Shown one piece after another: positions 11,113 through 24,047 of a stretch of 64,000 nt of DNA. A model generated the notes under the pieces. That model made no database searches. It was not told the DNA's origin and saw only the letters and a program-made list of their open reading frames with translations. The stretch is from Nemertoderma westbladi. Its lineage: Eukaryota; Animalia; Xenacoelomorpha. Position 1 is the first letter of the stretch. Every line of letters begins with the position of its first letter. Made by a program: the position numbers and the translations under genes. The DNA lies in NCBI GenBank assembly GCA_032718475.1, contig JAUCBJ010002497.1, forward strand, positions 62,001-126,000. Reading direction: 5' to 3'.

Positions 11113-12699
11113 GTGGCTGGCCACGAGAAAAGGGACCTTATGTCGCAAAACCTGATTCTGAAATAATCGCGTCTATTTTTGAACAAATTTAATTGGATTA
11201 TCAATTTAGAAATGTATAAAACGATGAGGGAAATTCAAATTGGTTCTGATATTCAATATACAGGAAATGACTAATTACAGGAAGCAATATAAGATGTTGC
11301 AGTATTGTATATCCCACTGTTTTAGGGTTTTCATGTCTGAATTTAGGGCTGTAATAAATTGTACTAATACAGTATGTAGGTACTGTAGGCCTACAGTTAT
11401 TTTTTAAATGCAATATGGCTGTCATTTTCTTAATTTCTCTTCGTTAGTTCTGAAATTTTGTAAGCACCTATAGCTATAGCACTGCGATATTAAGTGACAC
11501 TGAAGAGTGAATATCAGACTGTAATTTTCAATAGTCTACCGCTAGGGGGCGATAATGTTCTAGAATGTAAATTGCTTGTCATTTTGTTAATTCCTGTCCG
11601 TTTGTTTTTAAATTTTTCTAGACACCTTCTACAATATGGGAGGGACAAGGTGGACAAACATCTACAACACTCCCAATAAAGAATTCAAAATACGAATAAT
11701 TTTAAATTTTGTAAAAAAGAAATATTTTATTTATCAAATCATATTAGTCTACAGTTACCTAGAAATAATTAAAATAAAATAATAATTGTATCTAGTTTTG
11801 TGTCTCTCCAGTTCTCCAAATACAATATCTTCTCATCATCTCAAGAGTCTATCCGTAGGCATCGTGTCGCAGTAGCTTTTCATCACCTTTCGATCGCCGC
11901 ACCCCTTAAAATCATTCAAGAAAAAGAGGGGCATAGGTTGTAAGTAAGCCGCGGATCCTCTGCTGGCACGGTGGTATAGGAAAGAGGACTACGGTGACCT
12001 CGAAGGCAAAGCCCAGTTGTACGGAGTAAGCTGAAGGAAAGTCGACATCGCAACCAATGTGCAACCGATGAATATGTGGAATCACGCTTCTCCGCCAGAC
12101 GACCAGCAAGATGCGTTAAAAATCGGCCACACTCAGGTCCTGCAGCACCACTAGAGGTAAAAACGAGAGGAGTAAATGATGCACGTTCTACATTCAGTAC
12201 CCTATCATTATATTTCCGTCGCTTCTCAGCCTCTTGGTTCTTTAATAAATTGTCTATGATGGATGGAATATTTTTGAAAAAATTTTATCTTTTTGAAAAA
12301 ATTTAAAATTAAAAAAAAAATTATTTTGGTTACATTTTTTTTGAAAATTTTGCAAAAATTTTTTTAAAATAGTTTATTAACAATATTAATAGTTTCAAAG
12401 TGTTAAAAGTTGTATAGAAAGCCAAATAACATTGAGCTGCCTAACTATATAGTAAAAATTGCTATGATATTAATAATATTTTCCATTTTTTTTTAATAAC
12501 CGCTTATTATAACCGCTATTAATAAAAATATTTGCTACCCGATTCACCTTCACATATATCGCTATAACTTTTTTTCGGAAATAGATATTGAGACACCGTT
12601 TTTTTTGTTAAAATCTCTGGAAAATTCTGCATCCCATAGGCCTAATAACTCAAAATCGGTCTCCGGTGACATAAGGTCCCTTTTCTCGTGGCCAGCCAC
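11113..12699. mobile_element. Non-autonomous DNA transposon with 32-bp perfect TIRs and 4-bp TSD ATGT (superfamily uncertain, possibly Sola-like)
   Basis: atgt|gtggctggccacgagaaaagggaccttatgtc ... gacataaggtcccttttctcgtggccagccac|atgt. Confidence 0.8.
11985..12245 (-). pseudogene. Fragment of the C-terminus (restriction-like endonuclease region) of a CRE-clade non-LTR retrotransposon
   Basis: Minus strand reads EAEKRRKYNDRVLNVERASFTPLVFTSSGAAGPECGRFLTHLAGRLAEKRDSTYSSVAHWLRCRLSFSLLRTTGLCLRGHRS, matching the EK..KY...E..SFTPLVF...R.RLSF.LLR....LRG pattern of CRE-like elements. Confidence 0.7.
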
Positions 12700-13289
12700 A
12701 TGTACAAAAAATTTGGTAGGGGGTATAGGCAATCGGCACCAGTACCAATTTATACAGCAACATCATTGATATAACTTTATAACGAAACAACGCAGGTAAC
12801 TGTTCAATTATAATGGTGGTTAGTTGAATCCTATAGGACGAAGGTGACGACAGCTATCGTCGCAATAGACATGAGTTCGGGTAGCAATGATGGATACACT
12901 ACACCTCGAGAGAGTCATAACAGAGGAAAACAACATTCAAAAGGGTTATCAACAGGTTCTCAGTTGGGTTTTATACTTTGTTTGTAGGTAAAATAATAAC
13001 GGTCACCTATGGACGTACCACCTGCACTGCACAGCACACCCCAAACGCCGTAACATCTGCTTTTCATGTACCAGATAATCTTTGATAAACTCACTCATAT
13101 CTATACCGTAGTACCTAATACAATAGTATTGATTGGGGGGGAATCTTTAATTCTGGTACACAGATACACTTCACTGTGAAAGCGCAATGCTGCTCACTAA
13201 CAACTTTTTGGTTATAGAGCTGCGAGATCTCGGATACAGCAGCACGCCCCCCCCCCCCCCCCCCCCCCACACCCCCGTATTGAAGGCCG

Positions 13290-14113
13290 CATCACCGCGA
13301 AGTGCACTGGTGTAGCGTGTAGCCCGTATCACCACGAAGTGCACTGGAGTAGCCCGTATCACCACGAAGTGCACTGGTGTAGCACGTATCACCGCGAAGT
13401 GCACTGGTGAAGCCCGTATCACCGTAAGTGCACTGGTGTAGCCCGTATCACCGGGAAGTGCACTGGTGTAGCCCGTATCACCACGAAGTGCACTGGTGTA
13501 GCCCGTATCACCACGAAGTGCACTGGTGTGTAGCCCGTATCACCACGAAGTGCACTGGTGTAGCCCGTATCACCACGAAGTGCACTGGTGTAGCCCGTAT
13601 CACCACGAAGTGCACTGGTGTATCCCGTATCACCACGAAGTGCACTGGTGTAGCCCGTATCACCACGAAGTGCACTGGTGTAGCCCGTATCACCGCGAAG
13701 TGCACTGGTGTAGCCCGTATCACCACGAAGTGCACTGGTATAGCCCGTATCACCACGAAGTGCACTGGTGTAGCCCGTATCACCACGAAGTGCACTGGTG
13801 TATCCCGTATCACCACGAAGTGCACTGGTGTAGCCCGTATCACCACGAAGTGCACTGGTGTAGCCCGTATCACCGCGAAGTGCACTGGTGTAGCCCGTAT
13901 CACCACGAAGTGCACTGGTGTATCCCGTATCACCACGAAGTGCACTGGTGTAGCCCGTATCACCACGAAGTGCACTGGTGTAGCCCGTATCACCACGAAG
14001 TGCACTGGTGTAGCCCGTATCACCACGAAGTGCACTGGTGTAGCACGTATCACCGGGAAGTGCACTGGTGTAGCCCGTATAACCGGGAAGTGTACTGGTG
14101 TAGCCCGTATAAC
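13290..14113. repeat. 30-bp GC-balanced tandem minisatellite (~27 copies)
   Basis: Unit tagcccgtatcaccacgaagtgcactggtg, head to tail with no spacers; contains the palindrome agtgcact. Confidence 0.97.
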
Positions 14114-14550
14114 CATTAATCTGCTTTTTTAATAGCTGTTTTTAGCTATTTATTTATATTCCGGAAAATATTATCGACTGTATACATTTTTGAGGAAGCT
14201 AGTTTTTTCGATAGTACCGGTACCTAATGTTTTTTTTTTAATTATAGATATACATTTTTTTATATATAAAACATTGGTTATCAATTTGTTGACTCCATTT
14301 AAACACCTGCTTTTACTGTTGCATAGATTACTATCGCGCATAGCATGTCATCGCTCATTCACTGTATAACGCTGAAAAGCAGCAGTATTTATTGCGCAAT
14401 GGAGCATAGCCAACAAAGTAATTAGTACATGACTCTAAACAAGTGTTCCTGAAAGTACCAAATAAAATATCATGGCACTTCCTTGTGTTGGATGAAAGTC
14501 GAAAACATTGGTTCTAAAAATAACGTTATCATGATAATGTTAATGATAGG

Positions 14551-15160
14551 GTACTTTTGCACTTTAGGTCCCCACCCCTAGATTTTTTTTGTGTGTGTTT
14601 TTTATGCAAATTACACTACTACAAGGTTAGTGTGACTATCTAGGAACATTTTTGAACATTTTTGAACATTTTTTTTTTAGAAATTATAAAAAATGTGAAA
14701 GTCAATGATATTTCAGGAAATTATTAAAAATGTGAAAGTCAATGATATTTCAGGTTAAACTGTTGAAGAATATATTAATGACCAAAATAATTTCCAAAAA
14801 TTACTAGCTAGTAAAAAATACTAGCATTATACCATAAAAAATCTTTTTGCTAGCTAGTATTTTTAGAAATTATTAAAAATGTGAAAGTCAATGATATTTC
14901 AGGTTAAACTGTTGAAGAATATATTAATGACCAAAATAATTTCCAAAAATTACTAGCTAGTAAAAAATACTAGCATTATACCATAAAAAATGTAGGTACA
15001 TATGTATTTATGTTTAAATACATAAAAATGTTCTCAGATAATGCTATTCATATTCTAGAACATAATAATATTATGTTTCCTTGATATAAAAAAATCTGGG
15101 TGGTGGGGACCTAAAGTGCAAAAGTACTTTTGCACTTTAGGTCCCCACCCCTAGATTTTT
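14551..15160. mobile_element. MITE with ~25-bp TIRs and an internal ~150-bp tandem duplication, followed directly by a second left end
   Basis: gtacttttgcactttaggtccccacc at 14551; ggtggggacctaaagtgcaaaagtac ending at 15127; the left TIR restarts at 15124. Confidence 0.75.
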
Positions 15161-15254
15161 TTTGTTAAATTAAAAATAAATAAATTCCTGTCATAAATAA
15201 ATTCCTGTCATAAATTTTTAGGAAAAAATAAGATTTTTGAAATTTTATAAAAAT

Positions 15255-15673
15255 TCTAGCTACCATATTAAAACACTAGCTAGGATATTAAAACACTAGC
15301 TACCATATTAAAACACTAGCTACCATATTAAATCATTAACTACCATATTAAAATATTAGCTACCATATTAAAACACTAGCTACCATATAAAAACACTAGC
15401 TACCATATTAAAACACTAGCTACCATATTAAAACATTAGCTACAATATTAAAACATTAGCTACCATATTAAAATATTAGCTACCATATTAAAACACTAGC
15501 TACCATATTAAAACATTAGCTACCATATTAAAACATTAGCTACCATATTAAAATATTAGCTACCATATTAAAACACTAGCTACCATATTAAAACATTAGC
15601 TACCATATTAAAATATTAGCTACCATATTAAAACACTAGCTACCATATTAAAACATTAGCTACCATATTAAAA
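15255..15673. repeat. 20-bp tandem repeat, resuming at ~16982-17055 after an inserted element
   Basis: Unit tagctaccatattaaaacac/t. Confidence 0.95.
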
Positions 15674-15674
15674 C

Positions 15675-16981
15675 GGTAAAAGTTCCGTATAGAACTGCAT
15701 TTATATAACATAAATCATTGGTACCATAACAACAGTGAAGAGTTCTAGAACAAAAAATATATAATATACAATATTCTAGAACAAAAATTAAATAAAAAAT
15801 TGTTGTTCTAGAAAATATAGCTAGTAATTTTTTAAATTTAAAATAGCTAGTAATAAAAAGTTTTTTTTTAATGTATGGTAGCAAAGCATACGGTATGTAG
15901 TGATAGAAATATAAATTATCTGAAATACTTATCGAATACACATTAAAACGTAATATAGTGTCATTTTCTGATGACAGGGACACCCCCTCCCCCCAATTTT
16001 TTCTACAAATCTTTATCATATTGCTTGGAATTTGAAACACAACTAGTTCAACTCACCGTGGTTGTTACCATGAAGCCGGAATTTTCGATTTCGCCTTTAA
16101 ATTTTATTTATAAGCGTTTTAAAAAAGTGTCTTATGCGAAATCGCACCCTCTGTATCATTACCATTCTTCACTTTAGTCGTAATTTTTAAATAGACTTAA
16201 AATTAAATAGAATAAATGGCTTGCAGCGAACAATAATTCTTGCAATCTTTGAACGCCTATTTCTCAGCTGTTTCTCAATGAAATTCAGACATTGCTACAT
16301 ATTTGGAATCCTTTCAACGCAAGCTTTCTATTGATGTGAAAAAATTACGATTAAAGTGAAGAATGGCAATGATACAGAGGGTGCGATTTCGCATAAGACA
16401 CTTTTTTAAAACGCTTATAAATAAAATTTAAAGGCGAAATCGAATATTCTTATTGTGTTTCAAATTTCAAGCAATATGATAAAGATTTGTAGAAAAATTT
16501 GGGGGGGGGGGGGGGTCCGTGTCATCAGAAAATGACACTATATTACGGGTCATGGTGTACTTGTGGAGACGTCAGATACGTAAGGGAAATATGAATGGAT
16601 TCATTGAATTATTAAAGGCAATCAAATGCAAATACCCAATAGATTAACAAACTAATTAAAAACATATTTTGTATTCAAAAACATTTATATTCATATCAAT
16701 TTAAATGTATTGGAACTAATGCGAACTTTTAAATGTATAATTTTTGTCTTTATATTGTATATAATTTTAAATAACCTAGTGATTTTAAAATCTAAAAAAA
16801 AATGTTTTATTATTACTACCTATTTTAAATTAAAAAAAAACTAGCTACATGTTCTAGAACATAATATTTTTTATTATATTTATGTTCTAGAATAGTATTA
16901 CTTGTATATTGTTCTAGAACTCTTCAAAATTGCCATAGTAACAATGAAATATGTTTTAAAAATGCGGTTCTATACGGAACT
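15675..16981. mobile_element. MITE-like element inserted in the 20-bp array, itself containing a second palindromic MITE (15954-16542)
   Basis: Outer inverted ends agttccgtatagaactgcattt / aaatgcggttctatacggaact; inner inverted ends tatagtgtcattttctgatgaca / tgtcatcagaaaatgacactata. Confidence 0.7.
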
Positions 16982-17139
16982 CTAGCCATTAAAACACTAG
17001 CTACCATACTAAAACATTAGCTACCATATTAAAACACTAGCTACCATATTAATACACATTACACATATACTACTACTAAAGTAAAACACATGTTGCAGTC
17101 TATGCTGCATTCCGCGTTGTCGATACCCGCAAGGTAACG

Positions 17140-18270
17140 GTACACCTGGATTATCTTTAATTAATGTCATCGGCAAATAAGTATAGCAGTAATTGTATAT
17201 GCGAAGGAATATCATTCACAAATCCGAAGAAGAGTATAACAGAAGCGACTGCTCCTTGGGGTACCCCACTGACCACAGATAACCAATCAGAATATTCACC
17301 ATCTACAACAACTCGTTGGTATCTATCGCATAAAAAATTCTCAGTCCATTTTAAAAGATTTCCTCTTATCCCGATTGTTTTGAGTTTAAGCAGTAAGCGT
17401 TTGTGGGGGACTGCGTCGAATCCTTTGTTAAAATCCCTTTAGATTATGTCGAGGGCCAGGGACCAGTTGTAGAGAACATCCAGGAGCTGTAGTGTACAGG
17501 AACGACCCTTCTGGAATCCGAACTGTTGTTGGGATATTAACATATTCTCTATACAGTGAGCCCACATGGTATCAACAACAATCCTTTCCATTAGTTGGCA
17601 TACTACCGATGTTAAGCTAATCCTTCTGTAGTTGTCGGGATCGGTTTTTGTACCTCGTTTAAATATGGGAGATATGTTTGCTAACTTCCATGAAGGGACA
17701 GTAGCAGAATCCATAGATTGTTGATCGATATTTGCCAGTGGTTGAGCAAGAGTGCTAGACAGTTCTTTGAGCATGATAGGGTAAATACCATCGGGTCCAG
17801 ATGCACTCGATGTCTTTATTTTATCAATGGCCTCTGAAGCGGGTTAAAATAGACTGTCGTTAGTTCCGTTTTGTATGTCGGTGTATACTGTACTGCACTG
17901 TGTGGATATCTTTGTTTTCAATTGTCGACATAGAGTGGTAGTGGTTGTTGAAAACTGTAGCTTTGCCTTTGTTATCAGTGACCAGAATACCATTTGTACT
18001 GTATCGATCAAATCAAACACCGCCGGTTTTATTATTCGCTTTGTGTGGATGTATTTCCAGAATTATTAGGGATTCGTTGCCACATTTGAGGCTGTAGTTT
18101 TTTCATATTGAAATTGCGCTAGTCGGGTAGATGTGCAGCATCTGTTTCTGGAACGTGTCCCATGGCTTCCGCTTTTCTTTGATTTGTCTTTTAATCCCAG
18201 TATTTAGCCACTTTGGAAGTTTCGATTGTTTCTTTCTATGAGTTGATTGTGGTATATGTTTTAGGCGAGT
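17140..18270 (-). mobile_element. Degraded CR1/L2-group LINE reverse transcriptase fragment
   Basis: Minus-strand motifs WKLANISPIFKRG, NYRRISLTSVVCQLMERIV, QFGFQKGRSCTLQLL, DFNKGFDAVPHKRLL, SGVPQG, LFADD, interrupted by frameshifts. Confidence 0.85.
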
Positions 18271-18946
18271 CAATCTAGCCGAAAAAGGGGGTCAACCCAT
18301 AACAAATTCGCAATTCATCCAAACCAATTTTTTTTATTCTACATTGCCTTGTTAATCCCCCCAAATAAAGTCTATAAAAATATATTATGCGGATCACCTT
18401 CAATTTCCTGTTTCTTTCCTTAGCAACATGGATTTTACATAGCAACAAAGGGTCTATTGGTGGGATTTTCTCCAAATTTGGTACAGACAAACTTTACTCT
18501 AATGACTATCGATTGACAGAAGTATGCACTTCTATATAGTTACCAATTTAGTTTCCAGAGCAACGGAAATTTTTAATACCAATTTTGCTGGTACAATACA
18601 GGGACCTTATTTACACAACTTCTCTACTAAAGGGTGGATGTAACCTCGCCTATCGGAATTATCGACCTGAAAAACCCTTATCCCCAAAAAATTTATTTGT
18701 TATATGATAAACTATTGTGGTTTTCAAACTAAAACAAATAAATAAATTACACCTAAAATCAATAGAGCAATCACAATTTAATTATGTGAAAAATCTTCGA
18801 ATGAATGAAATGAATGAATAATTCGTTTAATTTCCTGTACATATAGAGGAAAGTAAATAGGAAAATTACCGTTAATCACAAACACAGATTACATAAAAAT
18901 AAATAAAATATCATTGCATGAAAATCGGTATCTCATTGTTTATTAG

Positions 18947-19866
18947 CTATCTAATAGCACTTGGAGCGAAAGAGTTTTGAAACATCTTGGTCCGTGTATC
19001 AGGCATTCTGTAATTATTGCGAGTTGCGGTGGAGTTTGATCGGCAACCAATAATGAAGGCGTGTAGAAGATGACTCGGCGTGTCCACAATCTTCTTTACC
19101 ATGTTGGTGAACTGTTTGGAAAACGCATCATTTAAAATGTTCATGTAAACTTGTTTTTCAATTTTTGAGTGTTTGTCAAACAGCGACAGTGGCCTCTTTA
19201 ACTTCTTTTTGAGATTCTTTGGAATGAGGGGGACCCACGCAACCGCACAGTACATATATTGTGGTACAATGTAAGTTTCAAAGAGAAATATTTTTGTATC
19301 TTTATTTGCAAACCGGATGAAAAAACTGAATTGGCGAACTATGTAATTTACCCTTTTTATAAGTTTAAATATATGAGTTTTCCATGATAGATTATTTGCA
19401 ATCCATATTCCAAGATGTTTCACTTCGGACGGACGCGGAACCTCGTCACCATCTATGTAGATTATTTCTTCTGCGATATCTAGAACTTTCTGTTCTTTAA
19501 ATTTCATTGGAATGAAACATAGTTCTTCAGATTTCTTTGCGTTTATCTTTAAGTTTTTTCATGTGATAGCTCAACAATTCGCTGGATGTTAGACTTATAT
19601 TTATCATTTTCTGCGGAATGCCTTATCGCCTGTAGATTTCTTGAGTCATCAGAATATTTTGCTAGGGATCCATCGTCAGCTCGAATTTCATCAGTGTCTT
19701 TGGTAAACAAAGGTCCACTAAGAGGACCCCCTTGGGGAAAACCAACTTTCAATGAAATAGAGGAAGATATGTTTTTTCCAGATTTAAGCGATTGAGAGAA
19801 ACCACTCATGTATGAGTGAAGCCAGCTGGCCAACCAACGCATCTCTATTGGTAATTCGTCTAAAAG
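18947..19866 (-). mobile_element. 3' part of a Rex1/Babar-like LINE RT, split by E1
   Basis: GFPQGGPLSGPLF, KYSDD, KHLGIWIANNLSW, RTKMFQNSFAPSAIR. Joins in frame across TSD AAAAG with 63400-64000. Confidence 0.85.
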
Positions 19867-20993
19867 TGTTCGCGCTTTCAGACCTTTAGCAGTTTAACCT
19901 GCCAAATTTAGATGTCTTCTAGGTTATAAATCGACTTTAGCCTATGACGAGTATTTGATACACTACATTAGCCGAAGCCAGCCTATGCGCGACCATTCAC
20001 CCGCTGGATATACCCGGGAGACTGGATTCGGAAGCTCTGACCTTATTGCGATGTAGGCCTACTGTATTATTCGATTGATCGTTAATATATAATCTCTGAC
20101 CAATATTATTCACTTTCGGGAAATATTAACAGTTCCTTTAGGACGTGGCGCTCTAAGTATGTAAACAGAGTTATGACTTACACTAAACACAACGGGATGG
20201 CTAATGATTCACGTATAAAGCGCATTCCATAGGAGATGCTTTGTTATCTGTCACAGTCATGCACACTACCGCACAATGCTGCACACCGATCTGCCGACCT
20301 TCACTAATTTTAGTCACATATAAAGAGAACAGCAACTGACACATGTAGTGCCTATGAAATAGCATTAGATTCACTCCAAAACCAATATAATGTAAGTCGC
20401 AATTGCTATATGTAACCGGTCTCTTACCTTCAGTATATCAAGAAGATTGGGGTTTTATGATTATTTATCGATATTATCCAAATATAACAATATTCCATCA
20501 ACTGATATAATTAATAACCGACAGTAAATAGCAGTAAAATAATGCGTTGTTTGTATGAGATATGACCATATGACAAGTGTGATTCGTTTGATAACAGTTA
20601 TACGTTTCTATGATCAAAGCCGGTCTAATGTTTGGCTAAAGTCTGAAACACAGAATAATTCCACAGCCGGTGTTCTAGGCTTAGGAAAAATACACACTGA
20701 CTGAATTGCGTGAGTTTCTGTATACAATGTCCAACACAGAGTGAAAACCGCTCTGATTGGTCGACCGAACAAAGAACAAAGAAAAAGTTACACGTGGACA
20801 CAGCTGATAGATGTCGTCATCTGAGTTCCGATGTTTAGAGTATTTGAGCTTATTGCGGAGAAAAATGGCTTTTTATGTCCGCTAAAGCACACATGCAGAC
20901 ATAGCGGGCAAAATCGCTTGTTATGTCCGCTAAAATACCTACTCGGTATATTGCGGAGAAAAATAGCTTGTTACATCCGCAAAAGCTTTTACA
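19867..20993 (-). repeat. E1 3' LTR (1127 bp)
   Basis: Near-identical to 62262-63399. Confidence 0.95.
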
Positions 20994-21199
20994 CCTCTCC
21001 CAGAAAATGGGATTTGAGTCTATAAAATATACAAAATCACAGTTTCTAAAATATAAAAATACTCTAAACAGTTAGTCTTTCTTGTGCGGACGGCGTTTAC
21101 GCAGTTTTTTTCTCTTTGGGGTGAGCCACTTTACTAGGAGGGCTATAACTCCTGGGTAAAGGGTGCAATACAATTGCATCGGAAGGTTTAGGGTTATGG

Positions 21200-22408
21200 T
21201 CGATGTCTCGTCCATTTCGATATGCTTCTCCTCGAGCTGATTTTCCTCCGCTTATCGTTGGATGCATTCGTCCAAAAACTCTTGCAGAGAATAGGGTCTT
21301 CCAAGTTCGATATCTTCTTAGAGATTCTGGATTTCCTGATCGAACTGAGATAAAGCTAATTCGTTTACCGCTTTGACTTGCTGCTGCAATTTACGTTTCT
21401 CTAAACAATTATAGGTTCCTTTTCCGATCTTTTGACGAATAGTGTCCAACACGTTTCGTACAACTCTCTCCTCCGCCTTGGTGACAGGTTGTATCGGGTT
21501 AAACCGGGACGATGATACGGTTGAATGACGATATTAGATGTCCGCGTCCCAATCCGGCTAGGTAAGATGGGCGAATATTTAGGGAGCCCACAACCGGAGT
21601 GCCACCGACTAACTGTTCGGGTAACACTAGATCTTTGAATAGTGAGTACAGTTCGGGAGGATCCGTGATACTATTAGGATCAAGAGTCTGAAGTCTAACT
21701 AGGGAATGAGGAGGTCTGACCGAGTATTCCGGAACTCTGATCATAGGTTTATTTAAGGATCGTTTGAATCGAATGAGCGTAGGTGATACATCGAACAAGT
21801 TTCGCTCGAAACTCCCATAAATATAGCGAGTAAAACCGTGTTTAAAGCAACGTCTCTACGGATGTTTATGTTTTTCCATTTGTTGGTTGGGTCTTGGGCA
21901 TTCATCGCAATAATACCAAAGACGCACGTCTTGTAGGGGAAACGCGGGTGATATTTATTCGGTTTTACAATGTTTCTCTCAAGAATTCCAAATATACGTT
22001 GGAGTTACCGCGTTTATCCGGTTCTTTAACGTCTTCTCTTTCGATTCAATTTCGAATAGAATTTTCGCATTCGATTTTCAGTTTATCGTTCCAACTCCGT
22101 TGGGTAGGATATTTAAATAGTACCATTTCCCTTTCGGTGTCGACATCGTCCGTATCGTGTAAATCGATATGACCAGTATTTAAGAAGTCCATATGCGTAC
22201 CATTACGATGCGTATAGCGAGCAGTGAATTTTCGATAGTCTAATTCACGCGTAAGTTGCTCCTGGGACATCGGCGGTTCGATATAACGACCATCGTCCTC
22301 CGTAGTAGTTGGACTAGCGTCGCTGCGTATCAAGCTATCAACAAACGCTTGCAACGGTAGAGTATATTTCTCCCATATACCAAGATCATCTTCTATCAAC
22401 TCAGTCAT
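21200..22408 (-). pseudogene. Degraded accessory ORF remnant of E1 (env position)
   Basis: Broken ORFs 22046-22408 and 21499-21798, homologous to E3 49694-50900. LWYYCDEC...RRCFKHGFTRY resembles LYYQCGAC...VRCSNHQQLRY of E2 ORF2. Confidence 0.55.
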
Positions 22409-24047
22409 AGCTGCTATATGAGTTTATCAATATTATAATTAGTTATAATTACGCTAGCGGGCGTCGCTGCCTACCCCTCTCGGCCCGCGGACAGCGCAAG
22501 ATCCTCAGTGCTGGTGTACTTTCGCCGTTGTGCCTATCGCCAACGTAGTAGCTGCACAACGACCACAACAACCAGCGCGAGTCACTCCACCGTCCGTCCC
22601 AAAGGCTTAGATTTACTTAAGGTTCTTACTGGAGAGTTAGGGCTACTTTCACAATTGCGACTCGCTACTGTAAACACACTTTAGTAGTAACATTCACCTA
22701 TAAACACACAAATTCCACACAACTGTCACAAACCGCACACATTCGGGCCATTTGTCCGTTAGTCAAGTGCCTTCCAGAATGCCACGTTATTATTGGGTAT
22801 CCTGGGATACTAGCAGTATGCTATTTATTCCTTATGCTATTCAATGGGGCAAGCCTTTATTGTTCTTTTAACTCACTTCTAATTCTAGCATGGTTGTTGC
22901 CATGGTGACATTATGGAAAGCTAGCAGTAGAATTAGGGTAACTCTCATGCATACAGATCTGGGATGCTATTTAATAGTAATTCTTTAATTGTCAATATTC
23001 CTCTTTATACATGATTTTATGAATTTTATCGGCTATTGACTATATATTGGAGATTCTCGCACACTAATATACTTAATAGGGTGAATCTCCGCTCCCATGA
23101 TCTATTAATTTATGGAATTTTGGGAATGTTATAAATTGTATAAAAATGACAATTTATCAAATTCATTAAAAGATGAATTTAAATTTATTCCCATAAATTT
23201 TATTATTTAATATTAAATAGACACAATTTTATTCCAGAACATGTCTGGGGACTGGGATCCCTGATTCTAGGAAATTGGTCTTTTTAAGAATATCGGTAAG
23301 TGCTACGATATCTTAATCGACTAGAATTTTAAATGATCTGAAATTTGACAGATTTTATAAATATTAATAGTTAATATTTAGGATGGGCACCAGTTTATTC
23401 CAGAACTTGTCTGGGGACGTTAACCACTGATTCTAGAATTTTGTCTTTCAAGTATATCGGTGGGTGCCGCGATATCTTAATCGACTAGAATTACAGATGG
23501 TCAAAAGGTTTAACAGATTTATTTTGCGTTTTACGCTACTGTTAAAGGGACATCACGCTACTATATGTATTATTTAATATACGGTATGAGAGCAATATCG
23601 CAAGAAGCAATGTCAGTGAGAAGAGGCAAGTCGTTTCCAAGGTCTACCCAGAGCTTGGTTTAGCCGAGACACGAGGATCTGAATTTTGCATTCCTAATAC
23701 TCTACTTACCAATAAAACTTGAATATAGTAGGAGCTTTATTGTACTTTAATAAGTACGGATATTTCATCTTACTGTAGTCACGTATTTATAATGTAATAC
23801 GAACAGTAAGGAAAGAGAAAAAGAATTATTTCTCGCCGTCGCACTAAATATATAATATATAAGTAATTAAGTAATAAACGCGAATATATATATGGCACTA
23901 ATCTACTAAATAATCGCTAAAATAACATTCTACTAAATAAAATTAAAGAAAACGATTATAATAAAATTACATAATAATACATACATAAATATAAAATAAT
24001 AAAAACAAATATAAAATAATATAGTCACACACCCACTCCAGACGCTG

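Larger units (their letters stand above)
10447..12746. mobile_element. Degenerate MITE-like element with imperfect TIRs, hosting the 11113-12699 insertion
   Basis: ggtactggtgc...ccaaac at the left end versus tttgg...gcaccagtacc at the right end; internal inverted segments (tgttctagaa-rich). Confidence 0.5.

Noticed and set aside
13290-14113. CRISPR-like array of ~30-bp partly palindromic repeats
   Set aside because: Units are head to tail with no unique spacers, there are no cas genes, and the context is eukaryotic.
13428-14132. 197-234-aa ORFs in three frames
   Set aside because: Translations of the 30-bp minisatellite.
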